Assembly: GCA_963664305.2 (NCBI GenBank)
Contig: CAXXLV010000001.1
Location: 256,001-320,000 of the forward strand
Reading direction: 5' to 3'
Source of the DNA: an uncultured Aliarcobacter sp.
GTDB lineage: Bacteria > Campylobacterota > Campylobacteria > Campylobacterales > Arcobacteraceae
Length of the DNA stretch: 64,000 bases
Part shown: positions 10,464-21,650 of the stretch, piece after piece
How the letters are laid out: every line of letters begins with the position of its first letter
How positions within the stretch are numbered: the first letter of the stretch is position 1
Program-made: the position numbers and the translations under genes
The notes under the pieces: generated by a model
Told to the model about the DNA's origin: nothing
What the model saw: only the letters and a program-made list of their open reading frames with translations
Databases searched by the model: none

Positions 10464-11462
10464 ATGGCAGAAGATACAAAAGTAATAGAAGATGAAGGTT
10501 CAATTATAGTAGAAAATGGTTCTTTAAAAAAAGATAGCTCTGGAGAAATAAATATTCCCCTACAAGAAAATGATAATTCAGACATTAAAGAAATTCAAGA
10601 AGAATTTGTAAAAAAGCCTAAAAATAATCCTCTAAAAAAAGTTTTAATAGGAGTTATTCTTTTACTTGTTTTATTTATAATTATTGGTGCTGTCCTTTAT
10701 TTCTTAGGTTTCTTTAAACCAGAAGAAAAAGAGATTGTTCAAGAACAAACTCCTGTAGCTGTTGTTCAAGAAATGCCTAAAGAGGAATATAAATTTGATA
10801 TCAAAGATATAAACTCAAAAAAATTAAATGAAGAATTATCTTTTCTAACAAATAAAAATCTTAATCAAGAAAAAAATGAAGAGGCTGAAAGAATTGCCAA
10901 TGAAAAGAAACTAATAGAAGAAGAAAAGAAAAAAGAAGAAGAAGCTTTAAAAGCCCAAGAAAATACACTTGAAAAAGAAAGAATAGCATTAGAAGAGAAA
11001 AAAATAGCATTAGAAAAAGAAAAAGCTGAATTAGAAGCTTTAAGAGAAGAAGCTTTAAAAATTAAAGAAGAACTTGTTAATAAACAAAGTCAAAATGAAA
11101 ATAATATTGAACAAGAACAAGCTTCTAATGATAATGTGGAAGTAAAACAAAATGATACGGAAGAAATGATTTCAAGTTCTAAAAAGAATATAAATTTGTC
11201 AGAAGATGGTTTTTTAAAGTTTATCAATGTAGCTAAAATAAAAGGTCCTTTATATAAAAAATATTTAGATAAAGTTACTTCAATTAATCCAAATATACTT
11301 TTATGTAGAGATGATAAAAATAGAATAGAAATCTATTACGGACCATTCAAAGATGAAAATGAAAGAAGAGAACTTCTTGATAAATTATTATCAAATAAAT
11401 TTGACCAAGCTTATGAACTTGAATTTACAAAAGATGAATTTAATAGAAGATGTAATTATTAA
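10464..11462 (+). CDS. Hypothetical single-pass membrane protein with coiled coil and C-terminal globular (possibly SPOR-like) domain
   Basis: One hydrophobic segment (VLIGVILLLVLFIIIGAVLYFLGFF), long E/K coiled coil, C-terminal IEIYYGPFKD..R. Confidence 0.65.
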   Translation: MAEDTKVIEDEGSIIVENGSLKKDSSGEINIPLQENDNSDIKEIQEEFVKKPKNNPLKKVLIGVILLLVLFIIIGAVLYFLGFFKPEEKEIVQEQTPVAVVQEMPKEEYKFDIKDINSKKLNEELSFLTNKNLNQEKNEEAERIANEKKLIEEEKKKEEEALKAQENTLEKERIALEEKKIALEKEKAELEALREEALKIKEELVNKQSQNENNIEQEQASNDNVEVKQNDTEEMISSSKKNINLSEDGFLKFINVAKIKGPLYKKYLDKVTSINPNILLCRDDKNRIEIYYGPFKDENERRELLDKLLSNKFDQAYELEFTKDEFNRRCNY

Positions 11463-11464
11463 AA

Positions 11465-11998
11465 TTAAGAATTTTCTAGAATATCAAAAGAGTTAATTAC
11501 ATTAATTCTTTTATTTTCAATATCTACATTTAGAACAAATTTATCAAAAATATGAGGTATTAAAAAAACTTTTGGATAACCTTTATTTACAAGTTCAATA
11601 TCAGTTGTAATTTCTAAATAGTCATTTAATGGATATCTTTGTAATTCTTTTACTTTACCTAATTTTAAATCATTTTCAAACACTTCACATGAAATTAAAT
11701 CAAACCAAAAAAATTCATTTTTGCCTAATTTACAACTTTCTTTTGTTTGTTCAATTGTTGAATATAACTCTTGATTTGTAAGTTTTTTTGCAGTATCAAC
11801 ATCTTCATAATTCTCAAATTTAACCAATTCTCTTGAAGAGTTGTATTCTAAAACTTTTAGTTGAAGATTTCGATTTGTAGTAAAAACAGCGCCTTTTTTA
11901 AATTGCTCTGGAAAATCAGAGTCTATAAAAAGTCTTAAATGACCTTGTAGACCTACTGCTTTCCCAAGTTTTGCAACATATACATTACTATTATTCAT
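11465..11998 (-). CDS. rimM: Ribosome maturation factor RimM
   Basis: VAKLGKAVGLQG, EFFWFDLISCEV, FLIP; ffh-rpsP-KH-rimM synteny. Confidence 0.95.
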   Translation of the reverse strand: MNNSNVYVAKLGKAVGLQGHLRLFIDSDFPEQFKKGAVFTTNRNLQLKVLEYNSSRELVKFENYEDVDTAKKLTNQELYSTIEQTKESCKLGKNEFFWFDLISCEVFENDLKLGKVKELQRYPLNDYLEITTDIELVNKGYPKVFLIPHIFDKFVLNVDIENKRINVINSFDILENS

Positions 11999-12002
11999 AG
12001 AT

Positions 12003-12242
12003 TTATTTTACTACAACTTGTATTTTATATGAAACACCATCTTTTGCTTTACAACCATTTGCCATAGTTTTTAAAGCATTAATCATATTCCCATTTTTAC
12101 CAATAAGTTTTCCAATATCAACACTATTTACACTTATTGTTATTTCAGCAAAATTATCATCAATTAACTCTTTAGTTACAGTAACATCTTCTGGTACTCC
12201 AACAATCAGTTTTGCATAATTTTCTATGAATTTAGTAATCAT
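12003..12242 (-). CDS. khpA: KH-domain RNA-binding protein
   Basis: DIGKLIGKNG GxxG loop; between rpsP and rimM. Confidence 0.85.
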   Translation of the reverse strand: MITKFIENYAKLIVGVPEDVTVTKELIDDNFAEITISVNSVDIGKLIGKNGNMINALKTMANGCKAKDGVSYKIQVVVK

Positions 12243-12260
12243 TTTATTTTTCTAATCTAA

Positions 12261-12488
12261 TTATTTTGAAGCTAATTTTTTAACTTTTTCAGATGGTTTA
12301 GCACCAACACTTAACCAATAGTTATATCTTTCTTCATCAATTTTTAAAACTTTTGGCTCAACTACTGGGTTGAAATAACCAATTGATTCAATCCATCCTG
12401 AATCTCTTCTTTTTCTTGAATCTGTTACAACGATTCTATAAAATGGTTTTTTGTTTCTTCCCATTCTTGTTAATCTAATTACTGTCAT
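12261..12488 (-). CDS. rpsP: 30S ribosomal protein S16
   Basis: [29 protein letters not shown]; start moved to ATG at 12488 behind AAGGA. Confidence 0.97.
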   Translation of the reverse strand: MTVIRLTRMGRNKKPFYRIVVTDSRKRRDSGWIESIGYFNPVVEPKVLKIDEERYNYWLSVGAKPSEKVKKLASK

Positions 12489-12567
12489 GTTTTCTTTCCT
12501 TTTTTGAATTATAGTATTGAATTCTAAACTCTTTTTGAGTTTACAGCTCAATACTATTTATATTTAT

Positions 12568-13920
12568 TTATCTTGGAATTTTTGGCATTCCACCAGGTCC
12601 CATTTGAGACAACATATTTTGTAAACCTTTCATACCACCTTTAGTAGAAAGTTGTTTAGCCATTTTTGAAGCATTTTTAAATTGCTTCAAAATTTTATTT
12701 ATTTGAACTTCTGATAAACCAGAACCTTTTGCAATTCTTTTCTTTCTACTTGCATTCATAAGTTCAGGGTCTTCTCTCTCTTTTAATGTCATAGAGCTAA
12801 TTAGAGCTTTAATTCTTTTAATTTCAGCAGAGTTCTCAAAATCCATATCTTTTAAAGGTCCAGCCATTTGTGAAAGACCTGGAATCATTCCAATAATAGA
12901 TTTCATAGAACCTAATTTACTCATCATTGAAAGTTGTTCTAAAAAGTCATTGAAATTGAATTGACCTTTTTTAATTTTTTTACTTACTTCTTTTGCTTTT
13001 TTCTCATCTATAATTGCAGAAGTTTTTTCAGCAAGTCCTTCAATATCTCCAAGACCTAAAAGTCTTGAAACAATTCTATCAGGAATAAAAACTTCAAGGT
13101 CTGGCATTTTTTCACCAATACCGATAAATCTTAATGGAACTTCAACTTGGTGAGCAATTGATAAAGCAACTCCACCTTTTGTATCACCATCATATTTTGA
13201 TAAAATAACTCCATCAATTCCAATTTTTTCTTTAAAAGTTGTTGCTGTTTTTGTAGCATCATGTCCTGTTAAAGAATCAGCTACATAAAAAATTTCATTT
13301 GGTTTAACTGCATCTTTTATATTTTTTAATTGAAGCATTAATTCTTCATCAATTGCAAGTCGCCCAGCTGTATCTACTAAAAGTACATCATAATGTTCTT
13401 TTGTAGCTTTCTCTTTTGCTGCAAGTGCAATTTTAATTGGATCTTTTTCAACATCATCAAAATATATATCAACATCAATTTGTGCTGCTATTTGTTTTAA
13501 TTGCTCAACGGCAGCAAGTCTTTGTAAATCACAAGCAGCTACTAAAACTTTTTTCTTTCTTGTTTTTAAATAGTTTGCTAATTTACCTGTTGTTGTAGTT
13601 TTACCTGAACCTTGAAGTCCTGTCATTAAAACTATTGTTGGTGGAGTAGAAGAAAAAACAAAACCTTGATTTCCAGATGTCGTTAATAAATTTGTTAATT
13701 CACTTTTTAAAGCTCTTAAAAAAGAATCTTGTCCAATTCCTGCATTTTTTGTTTGTAATTCAATTGCACTTATAAGTTCTTTTGTAGTTTTATGATGAAC
13801 ATCTGCTTTTAATAAAGCTTTTTTTAATTCAGTTGTAGCTTTAGTTAACGCTGCAACATCATCTTGATGTCTTATTTTATTTACTGCATTTCTTATCGAG
13901 CCTGTTATTGAATCAAACAA
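12568..13920 (-). CDS. ffh: Signal recognition particle protein Ffh
   Basis: GLQGSGKTT, DTAGR, DGDTKGG, M-domain; probable TTG start at 13920 behind GGAG. Confidence 0.97.
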   Translation of the reverse strand: MFDSITGSIRNAVNKIRHQDDVAALTKATTELKKALLKADVHHKTTKELISAIELQTKNAGIGQDSFLRALKSELTNLLTTSGNQGFVFSSTPPTIVLMTGLQGSGKTTTTGKLANYLKTRKKKVLVAACDLQRLAAVEQLKQIAAQIDVDIYFDDVEKDPIKIALAAKEKATKEHYDVLLVDTAGRLAIDEELMLQLKNIKDAVKPNEIFYVADSLTGHDATKTATTFKEKIGIDGVILSKYDGDTKGGVALSIAHQVEVPLRFIGIGEKMPDLEVFIPDRIVSRLLGLGDIEGLAEKTSAIIDEKKAKEVSKKIKKGQFNFNDFLEQLSMMSKLGSMKSIIGMIPGLSQMAGPLKDMDFENSAEIKRIKALISSMTLKEREDPELMNASRKKRIAKGSGLSEVQINKILKQFKNASKMAKQLSTKGGMKGLQNMLSQMGPGGMPKIPR

Positions 13921-14074
13921 AATATATCTCCACATTTATATTTAAAGTTTGGGATTTTACTAAGTTTTTACTTTAAGTTAGTTTAAACTTTTTGTCTATT
14001 TAAGTTTTTTTTTAGTTTTTATTTTTAACAAAATCCCATAATTTGGGAATTTGTATTTTTAGATAGCTTAATTT

Positions 14075-14830
14075 TTAATTAAAATCATACACTCTGAACT
14101 CTTTTGGTTCATTTGCCTCAAATGTATAATCAAAAATTTTTGTTATTTTAGAATGAAGTAAAACCCTATTTACATTAGAACTTACTCTTCCATAAATTGC
14201 ATCACCAATAATTGGTAATCCAACAGAATTAAGATGAACTCTAATTTGATGCGTTCTTCCTGATTCAATTACAATTTTTATTTTAGATTTATTACCTTCA
14301 ACTAAAAGTGGATAAACTGTACTTTTTGCAGGTTTACCTCTTTTTGCATCTATTTTAGATTTAGCCATTCCTCTATCTTTTGTTGTCAAAATTGGTTTAT
14401 CAATCTCAATTTCATCAACAACTTTTCCTTCAACAATAGCAACATATTCTTTGTAAACTCTATTTGCTTGAAACTCTTTGATTGCTTTTTTCTGAAATTC
14501 TTCATTTTTTGCAAACATCATAACACCACTTGTTTCTTTATCAAGTCTGTTTAATAAAATTGCATTTTCAAATTTTTTAGCAACGTCATCTGCAGTTAAA
14601 AATGCAGGTTTATCTACAACTAAAATATCTTTATCTTCAAAAATTACTTTAATTTTATTTATCTCTTTTACTGTAAATTTTGTATCAGTTCTAATTTCTC
14701 CACGAGCAATTAAAACTTTTTTATCTCCAACTTTTACAACACCTCTATCAATTAATTCTTTTGCTTTAGAATTTGATATTTTTTCTTGCTGAGCTAATAA
14801 TTTATACGCTTTATCATATGTTACAGCCAT
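14075..14830 (-). CDS. RluA-family RNA pseudouridine synthase with S4-like N-terminus
   Basis: NRLDKETSG and GRTHQIRVH motifs. Confidence 0.9.
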   Translation of the reverse strand: MAVTYDKAYKLLAQQEKISNSKAKELIDRGVVKVGDKKVLIARGEIRTDTKFTVKEINKIKVIFEDKDILVVDKPAFLTADDVAKKFENAILLNRLDKETSGVMMFAKNEEFQKKAIKEFQANRVYKEYVAIVEGKVVDEIEIDKPILTTKDRGMAKSKIDAKRGKPAKSTVYPLLVEGNKSKIKIVIESGRTHQIRVHLNSVGLPIIGDAIYGRVSSNVNRVLLHSKITKIFDYTFEANEPKEFRVYDFN

Positions 14831-15969
14831 TTATCTATCTCCTTTATTATAGGTTCAATCGAACCTGCTTTTGTTAAAATTGGTTTTTCTAAATCTCCAA
14901 TTTTCCCTAAATAATCACCTATTTCATCATTATCTATTAAATAATAGTTTTTAATACAATCAAAAAGAGATTTTTGATTAAATATATTTTTTCCACTAAT
15001 AATTTTACAACCAAAAAATGCAGGTTCTATTGGATTATGTCCACCAATTTTTTCAAATGCTCCACCCAATACGACAACATCACTTATTGCATAAATATCA
15101 TTTAAAATACCCATTTTATCAACTAATATTATATCAGATTCAAAATCTTCTTTTTCACTAAATTTATGATAAGAAAGGTTTTTCTCTTTTACAAATTCAC
15201 TTAATAGTAAATCTACTTTAGCAAATCGTTCTGGATGTCGTGGAACAATTACTAATTTCCCAAACTCTTTTTTATATGATTTGATAATCAATTCTTCTTC
15301 ATTTTCATGAGTACTTGCAGCCGTTATCAAAATGCCACTTGGCTTTTTCAAATCTATCTTTTTTTGTGGTAATTGTGCTAATTTAATATTTCCAATTACT
15401 TCAATATTTTTAGCACCCAACTCTTCTAATCTAATTCTATCAATTTCACTTTGTGCAAAAACTTTATCAATATTTTCAAATATTTTTTTATAAAAAAAAC
15501 TAAATCTTTTATAAGAATTATATGATTTATCTGAGATTCTTGCATTTATTAAAAAAGTTTTTGCACCTTTATTTTTTGCAATTAAAAAAAGCATATACCA
15601 AAGTTCAGCTTCCATTACAACTAAAACTTTTTGTCTATTTATCCAAAAAGGTAAAAAAATTTCAAAGGGAAGATATCTTACGTTTGATGTAATTGATTTA
15701 GCTTCTTCAAATCCTGTATTTGTAATAACAGAAATATTAGCTTGCTCTTTATACTTTTCAATCAAAGGTTTAATAGCTTTAGTTTCACCCATTGAACATG
15801 AGTGAAACCAAACTCCATTCTCTTTAAATCTTGAATTATCTTTTAAAAAGAACTTTGCTGGAATTGCTTTTTTATATTTAGAATTTTGTGATTTAAATAT
15901 TAAATAAGGAATTGCAAGTATATAAATAACACTTAAAATTAAGTAATAAAATATACTAAAAAGGCTCAA
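14821..15969 (-). CDS. waaA: 3-deoxy-D-manno-octulosonic acid transferase
   Basis: WFHSCSMGE, EAELW, VPRHPERF, GGHNPIEPA. Confidence 0.95.
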   Translation of the reverse strand: MSLFSIFYYLILSVIYILAIPYLIFKSQNSKYKKAIPAKFFLKDNSRFKENGVWFHSCSMGETKAIKPLIEKYKEQANISVITNTGFEEAKSITSNVRYLPFEIFLPFWINRQKVLVVMEAELWYMLFLIAKNKGAKTFLINARISDKSYNSYKRFSFFYKKIFENIDKVFAQSEIDRIRLEELGAKNIEVIGNIKLAQLPQKKIDLKKPSGILITAASTHENEEELIIKSYKKEFGKLVIVPRHPERFAKVDLLLSEFVKEKNLSYHKFSEKEDFESDIILVDKMGILNDIYAISDVVVLGGAFEKIGGHNPIEPAFFGCKIISGKNIFNQKSLFDCIKNYYLIDNDEIGDYLGKIGDLEKPILTKAGSIEPIIKEIDKWL

Positions 15970-15970
15970 A

Positions 15971-16690
15971 TTAAGCCTCTAGTTCTTCAGCTTCTTTATA
16001 AAGAATTCTTCCACAATGTGGACAATTTATAATCTCTTCTGATTTAATTACTTCTGCATATGTTTTATCATTAATTTTCATAAAACAACCATAACAAGCT
16101 TGTTTTTTTACAGGTACAACAGCTGAATCTTTAGCCCATCTTTTAATTTTTTCATAGAAAGTTAAAATTTTATTATCAAATTTTTCTAATAATTCACTTC
16201 TTTCTTGATATACAACATTTCTTTCTTTATTGATTTCTTCAATTGTATTATCTACTGCAACTTGAATCTCTTTTATATCTTCTTCTTCAGTTGCTAATTT
16301 TTCTTGTAACTCTTTTAAAGTTGCTTCTTTATTTTTTGCAAGATTATCTAATCTATCAATCTCTTCATTTGCAAATGCAATTTGTTCTTTTGCTATTTCT
16401 TCTTCTAATTGTAGAGCTTTTAACTCTTTCTCATTATGAACATCTTTATTTTTTTTAGCAATATTTTCTAACTTAGTTTTTAATTCTGCTAAATGAATGT
16501 TGTTTTTTGTTCTTTTTGATTTAACATCATCAACTTCTAAATAAATTGAGTTAATTGATGCTTTGATTGTTGCTGCCGTTTCAACAAATGTTGCTAACTT
16601 AGCTTTTTCATTTTCAATTTTTGGCTCAAACATACTAATTGCTGTATCAAATTTTGATAATTTGATTAAATCCTGTAAATACTTATTCAA
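15971..16690 (-). CDS. Coiled-coil/C4 zinc-ribbon protein (CT398/HP0958 family)
   Basis: Long coiled coil then CYGC...CPHCGRIL; follows Nif3. Confidence 0.9.
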   Translation of the reverse strand: MNKYLQDLIKLSKFDTAISMFEPKIENEKAKLATFVETAATIKASINSIYLEVDDVKSKRTKNNIHLAELKTKLENIAKKNKDVHNEKELKALQLEEEIAKEQIAFANEEIDRLDNLAKNKEATLKELQEKLATEEEDIKEIQVAVDNTIEEINKERNVVYQERSELLEKFDNKILTFYEKIKRWAKDSAVVPVKKQACYGCFMKINDKTYAEVIKSEEIINCPHCGRILYKEAEELEA

Positions 16691-17438
16691 CCGTTTCTCC
16701 TTCTATAAAAAACTCAAATGGATTTTTTGAAGCTGTTATTATAGCTTTTAATTTATTTTTTTTCAAATATTCTTCTAAAAGTCCCTCTAATAAGGTACTA
16801 AAATATCTTTCACTCTCATAGTGTCTTATGTCAATAAGTGATAATCCTCTAGCTTTTGCTTCCATTGCATCATGATATTTTATATCACCTGTAAGAAAAC
16901 AATCTGCATGAACATAATCAATTAATGACATACCTGAACCTGTAACTATTGCAATTGTTTTTATAAAATCATTACACTTTACAGCGTTTATTGTTTTTAA
17001 ACCTAATTTTTTTGATACATATTTTATTAACTCATCAAAATTCATGTTTACATCACATGTAGAAACAAACTCTAATGATTTTTTTATTTTAAAGCCTAAA
17101 ATCTCTTCTACTACATATCTATTTAAATGTGTTTTATCGATGTTTGTATGCATAGAAATCAATGCCACATCTTTTTTTATTAGCTCTTTTAAGATTTTTG
17201 TACTATATGTATCAAAATTTACTCTTTTAATTCCAGAAAAAATCAAAGGATGATGAGTAATAACCAAAGATTTTTCTTTTATATTAGATACTAATTCTTC
17301 ATCCAAATCTATACTAATATAAATATTTTCAATTTCATCATTTTTTGAACCTACAAGTAAACCTGAGTTATCCCATTTTTCTTGTAGTTCAAAAGGAGAA
17401 ATTTCATTTAAAACATCATATATTTCTTGAAGTTTCAA
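16683..17438 (-). CDS. Nif3-like dinuclear metal-centre protein
   Basis: WDNSGLLVG, ITHHPLIF, HTNID, HYESE motifs. Confidence 0.92.
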   Translation of the reverse strand: MKLQEIYDVLNEISPFELQEKWDNSGLLVGSKNDEIENIYISIDLDEELVSNIKEKSLVITHHPLIFSGIKRVNFDTYSTKILKELIKKDVALISMHTNIDKTHLNRYVVEEILGFKIKKSLEFVSTCDVNMNFDELIKYVSKKLGLKTINAVKCNDFIKTIAIVTGSGMSLIDYVHADCFLTGDIKYHDAMEAKARGLSLIDIRHYESERYFSTLLEGLLEEYLKKNKLKAIITASKNPFEFFIEGETVE

Positions 17439-17440
17439 AT

Positions 17441-18322
17441 TTATTTTCCTATTCTTTTAAGTCTTTCAGGTTCTTGTTCTTTATATAAAACTGCACAACC
17501 TTGAGCTAATTCTCTTACTTTTAAAATATAATTTTGTCTTTCAGTTACTGAAATAGCTTTTCTAGCATCTAGTGTATTAAATGCATGAGAAGCAATCATA
17601 CATTGATCATATGCAGGAAGTGGTAATCCAGCTTCTAGACAAGCTTTACACTCATTAAATGCATCATCAAAATGTCTAAATAACATCTCTGTATTTGCAA
17701 CTTCAAAATTATATTTTGAAAACTCATACTCACCCTCTTTATGAACATCAGCATAAGTTGTTTTTCCAAATTCATTTTCGTTCCATACTATATCAAATAC
17801 AGAATCAACACCTTGTAAATACATTGCAAGTCTTTCTGTTCCATATGTAATTTCAACTGCAACAGGATCACATGCAAGTCCTCCAACTTGTTGGAAATAT
17901 GTAAATTGAGTAACTTCCATACCATCAAGCCAAACTTCCCAACCAAGTCCCCAAGCTCCAAGTGTAGGAGATTCCCAGTTATCTTCAACAAATCTAATAT
18001 CATGTCTTGAAACATCTAAACCTAAAAATTCCAAAGACTGTAAATATAAATCTTGAATATTATCTGGACTTGGTTTTATTAAAACTTGAAATTGATAATA
18101 AGCACCTAATCTATTTGGATTTTCTCCATATCTTCCATCAGTTGGTCTTCTACTTGGTGCTACATATGCAGTACTCCAAGGTGTTGAATCTAAACTTCTT
18201 AAAAGTGTAGCTGGATGAAAAGTTCCAGCTCCCGCAGGAATATCATAAGGCTGAACAATATTACAACCTTGTTTTGCCCAAAACTCTTGTAATTTTAATA
18301 GCATTTGTGAAAATGTAATCAT
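17441..18322 (-). CDS. glyQ: Glycine-tRNA ligase alpha subunit
   Basis: [32 protein letters not shown]. Confidence 0.98.
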   Translation of the reverse strand: MITFSQMLLKLQEFWAKQGCNIVQPYDIPAGAGTFHPATLLRSLDSTPWSTAYVAPSRRPTDGRYGENPNRLGAYYQFQVLIKPSPDNIQDLYLQSLEFLGLDVSRHDIRFVEDNWESPTLGAWGLGWEVWLDGMEVTQFTYFQQVGGLACDPVAVEITYGTERLAMYLQGVDSVFDIVWNENEFGKTTYADVHKEGEYEFSKYNFEVANTEMLFRHFDDAFNECKACLEAGLPLPAYDQCMIASHAFNTLDARKAISVTERQNYILKVRELAQGCAVLYKEQEPERLKRIGK

Positions 18323-18553
18323 CTATTTAATTCCTAACTCTTTATTTATTTTATTTTTGTCAAAACCACAAATCCATCTATTTCCTATCAAAATTACGGG
18401 AGCACCAGAACAATGTTTTTGACAATTTTTTAATGCTTGTTTATTTTTAGATAAATCTATAAGGTTATATTTTAGTTTTTTGCTTTTGAAATAAAATTTT
18501 GCTTCTTCGCACCATTTACAGTTTGGTACAGTAAATAGTGCGATTGGCTTCAT
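18323..18553 (-). CDS. Glutaredoxin-like (NrdH/YruB-type) protein
   Basis: CKWC active-site motif; PVILIG...GFD. Confidence 0.85.
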   Translation of the reverse strand: MKPIALFTVPNCKWCEEAKFYFKSKKLKYNLIDLSKNKQALKNCQKHCSGAPVILIGNRWICGFDKNKINKELGIK

Positions 18554-19047
18554 TATAAAATTACTTCAACGTCTTTAGAATCACTTTCAACTTTTTTTGC
18601 TTGAACGATTCTATCTTCTTTTAATTTTGTAGATAATTCTTTATCTGTAATAGCTAAAATTTGCATAGCTAAATATGCTGCATTAACTGCACCACTTCTT
18701 CCTAATGCAACAGTACCAACTGGCATACCTGCTGGCATTTGAACAGTAGAAAGCATAGCATCCATACCATCCATTGCTCCACCTTTCATAGGAACTCCAA
18801 TAACTGGTTTAGTTGTACTTGCTGCAACTGCACCAGCTAAGTGTGCTGCCATTCCTGCAGCTGCAATAAATGCTACTGCGCCTTTTTCTTCAGCTTCTTT
18901 AATATAATTTTTTGTTCTTTCTGGACTTCTGTGAGCTGAAGAAACTACTAACTCATACTTTACATTAAATTTTTCAAATGTATCAGCACAATGTTTCATA
19001 ATTTCATAATCTGATTTACTACCCATTAATATTGATATAAAATTCAT
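18553..19047 (-). CDS. purE: N5-carboxyaminoimidazole ribonucleotide mutase
   Basis: MGSKSD, SAHRSP, AGMAAHL, STVQMPAGMPV. Confidence 0.97.
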   Translation of the reverse strand: MNFISILMGSKSDYEIMKHCADTFEKFNVKYELVVSSAHRSPERTKNYIKEAEEKGAVAFIAAAGMAAHLAGAVAASTTKPVIGVPMKGGAMDGMDAMLSTVQMPAGMPVGTVALGRSGAVNAAYLAMQILAITDKELSTKLKEDRIVQAKKVESDSKDVEVIL

Positions 19048-19087
19048 TATTTTTTCCTTTTTATTTTTTTAAAAGTGCAAGATTATA

Positions 19088-20347
19088 TCAAAAATTTTCT
19101 AATAGTTTTATAATCCTATCTATTTTTAGTTTTCGCCATGACTCTGATTTATAAATTGTAAGTTTTTCATTTTCGTAAATAAATTTTGATAAGTTTTTTG
19201 TTTTGTCTTTTACAAATATTGGTTTAACATATTTATAATACTTTATCTTTCTTTCAAAATCTTTATCGGTAAAAAATGCAACTGTAGGAATCATAAAAGC
19301 ATCACTTATATGATAAGTTGAAGTATCAGTTGTAATAACTTTATCCATATTTGAAACTATATAAATAAAATCATTTATAGTTTTTGATTCTTTTGATAAA
19401 TCTATATAATTATCTTCTTTTATTTTAGAATCTATTTGTAAAGTTGTAATTATCATATAATCATCAGCTTTTGCTAATAATTCTTTTAATAAATCTATTG
19501 CAGTAGCTTGAGGAATTGATTTATTTATATTTGCAGAATAAGGATGAAAAAGTAGTAGTTTTCCTTTTCTTTTTGCTTCATCAAGTTTTTGAATTAATGT
19601 ATCTTGAGGTTTATAATTGATTAAATCTAATACATTATATTTATCTTCTTCATTAATTTTTTTATAATTAATTCCAAATTTATATAGCCATGCATCAACA
19701 TTATTTAATTCTTCTAATAATTTATCCATATGCATACTATTATCAATAAAATAATCATATTCACAAAGTTTTTTTGATGTTATACTTAAAGGGAAAATAT
19801 TACTAATATATTTTTGAGTTTTATAAATATCTCTATCTCTTGTATAATAACTGTTATTTGAAGCATTTATATAAATATCAAATTTAATATTTTTATATAA
19901 CTCTTTTAATTTATTATACAAAATTCGTAATGCAGTACAAGATGAAATTATCTCACTAATTGTAGTACCAATTCCACCAATTAAAGCGATAGAAATTTCA
20001 TCTTTTTGAATATTTTTTAATTGCGTAAAAATATCAGTTTCTTCAAAATCAAAAAAATCTATATTTTTTTGTTCTTCTCTTTTTTTAGCTTCATCAGTAT
20101 TTGGAATTCCTAATTCAATTGGGAAATTTGGAAGATTTCTAATATTTTTTTCATTAAGATTCTTTGCAAAATATTTTGTTTTATCTACCCTTGAAAAAAT
20201 CTCTTTTATATCAACAAAATCATCATATGTTGTAATATAAACTGTTTCATTTTCAAGTTCTGATGGAGTTTTTAGTTTATAATAATAAACCATTGTTCCA
20301 TCAGTTGTTTTTATATTAATATTCTGAGTAACCCTAAAAAAAATCAT
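19088..20347 (-). CDS. Glycosyltransferase family 9-like protein
   Basis: C-terminal DKVITTDTSTYHISDAFMIPTVAFF resembles the GT9 (heptosyltransferase) signature. Confidence 0.6.
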   Translation of the reverse strand: MIFFRVTQNINIKTTDGTMVYYYKLKTPSELENETVYITTYDDFVDIKEIFSRVDKTKYFAKNLNEKNIRNLPNFPIELGIPNTDEAKKREEQKNIDFFDFEETDIFTQLKNIQKDEISIALIGGIGTTISEIISSCTALRILYNKLKELYKNIKFDIYINASNNSYYTRDRDIYKTQKYISNIFPLSITSKKLCEYDYFIDNSMHMDKLLEELNNVDAWLYKFGINYKKINEEDKYNVLDLINYKPQDTLIQKLDEAKRKGKLLLFHPYSANINKSIPQATAIDLLKELLAKADDYMIITTLQIDSKIKEDNYIDLSKESKTINDFIYIVSNMDKVITTDTSTYHISDAFMIPTVAFFTDKDFERKIKYYKYVKPIFVKDKTKNLSKFIYENEKLTIYKSESWRKLKIDRIIKLLENF

Positions 20348-20360
20348 TTCTTTTAAAAGC

Positions 20361-21650
20361 TTATTCTACAATATTATCTTCAACGTTCTCAATTCTAAAC
20401 ATTGTTAAATAAGGAAGTTTTCCAGGAAGTTTTATTTTATTTACATTACCACTATGAACAGATTCTAACTCTTTATTTGTTTCTGTTAAAATTTTTTTGA
20501 AATTAATATAATACATTCCATCTTTTTTGAAGATTTTACCAATTTCATTTTCACATTCAACTAACTCTTCACCCATTGGAGTAAAGATTTCAATATCTTC
20601 ATTTGGATAAACTTTATATTTACATAAGAAATGTTCTTCATCTTCAGTTACAAGTCCTGTTACTTCATAAGAACCTTTACTTAATGCATAATCATGATTT
20701 TGAGAATCTGTTTTCTCAAATGGTCTATGAATTAAATAAGCATCAGTAAACCCTCTATTTTTTGTAGTGTGTAACTCTTTTTGATATTTTTCTGGTTCAA
20801 ATTTACCTTCATAATAATCATCAATTGCTTCTCTATAAGCTTTTGCAGTTACTGCTGCATAATATGGAGATTTAGTTCTTCCTTCAATTTTTAAACTATC
20901 AACTGCCCCACTATCTAAAATTTCTTTTATGTGAGAAGCTAAATTCATATCTTTAGAGTTAAAAATATATGTTCCAACACCTGGTTCTTCTTCTAATCTA
21001 AATAATGTATTGTGATCTTCATTTGCTGCATATAATGTATATTGGAATCTACAATCATTTGCACAACTTCCTCTATTTGGAACTCTACCCATTTGAACTG
21101 CACTTACTAAACATCTTCCACTATATGCAAAACACATAGAACCATGAACAAAAATCTCAATTTCCATATCTGGTAAATGTTTTTTAATTTCAATAACATC
21201 TTTTAATGAAATTTCTCTAGCAACTACAATTCTTTTTACGCCCATATCCCAATAAACTTGTGCATCAAGATAATTTAAAACATTTGCTTGTGTTGATAAA
21301 TGAATATCAATCTCAGGTGCGATTTCTCTACATAATTTTACAACACCTGGAGCTGCAACGATAAATCCATCTGGTTTTAATGCAGCCATTGTAGCTATGT
21401 GTTTTTTTAATAAATCAATCTGAGAATTGAATGGAAATCCATTGATTGTTGCATATACTTTTTTTCCTCTAGCATGTGCGTAATCTATTCCCTCTTTAAA
21501 TGTTTCAAATGTGAACTCTTTTCCAGCTCTAATTCTTAAACTAAAGTGACTTACTCCTGCATAAACGGCATCAGCGCCATATTTGATAGCAATTTTTAAT
21601 TTTTCTAAATTTCCAGCAGGTGAAAGTAACTCTACTTTTTCATTATTCAT
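20361..21650 (-). CDS. Peptidase U32 family protein (TrhP/YegQ-like tRNA hydroxylation protein)
   Basis: ELLSPAG, HLSTQAN, FVHGSMCFAYSGRC, NRGSCANDCR, SLKIEGR. Confidence 0.9.
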   Translation of the reverse strand: MNNEKVELLSPAGNLEKLKIAIKYGADAVYAGVSHFSLRIRAGKEFTFETFKEGIDYAHARGKKVYATINGFPFNSQIDLLKKHIATMAALKPDGFIVAAPGVVKLCREIAPEIDIHLSTQANVLNYLDAQVYWDMGVKRIVVAREISLKDVIEIKKHLPDMEIEIFVHGSMCFAYSGRCLVSAVQMGRVPNRGSCANDCRFQYTLYAANEDHNTLFRLEEEPGVGTYIFNSKDMNLASHIKEILDSGAVDSLKIEGRTKSPYYAAVTAKAYREAIDDYYEGKFEPEKYQKELHTTKNRGFTDAYLIHRPFEKTDSQNHDYALSKGSYEVTGLVTEDEEHFLCKYKVYPNEDIEIFTPMGEELVECENEIGKIFKKDGMYYINFKKILTETNKELESVHSGNVNKIKLPGKLPYLTMFRIENVEDNIVE

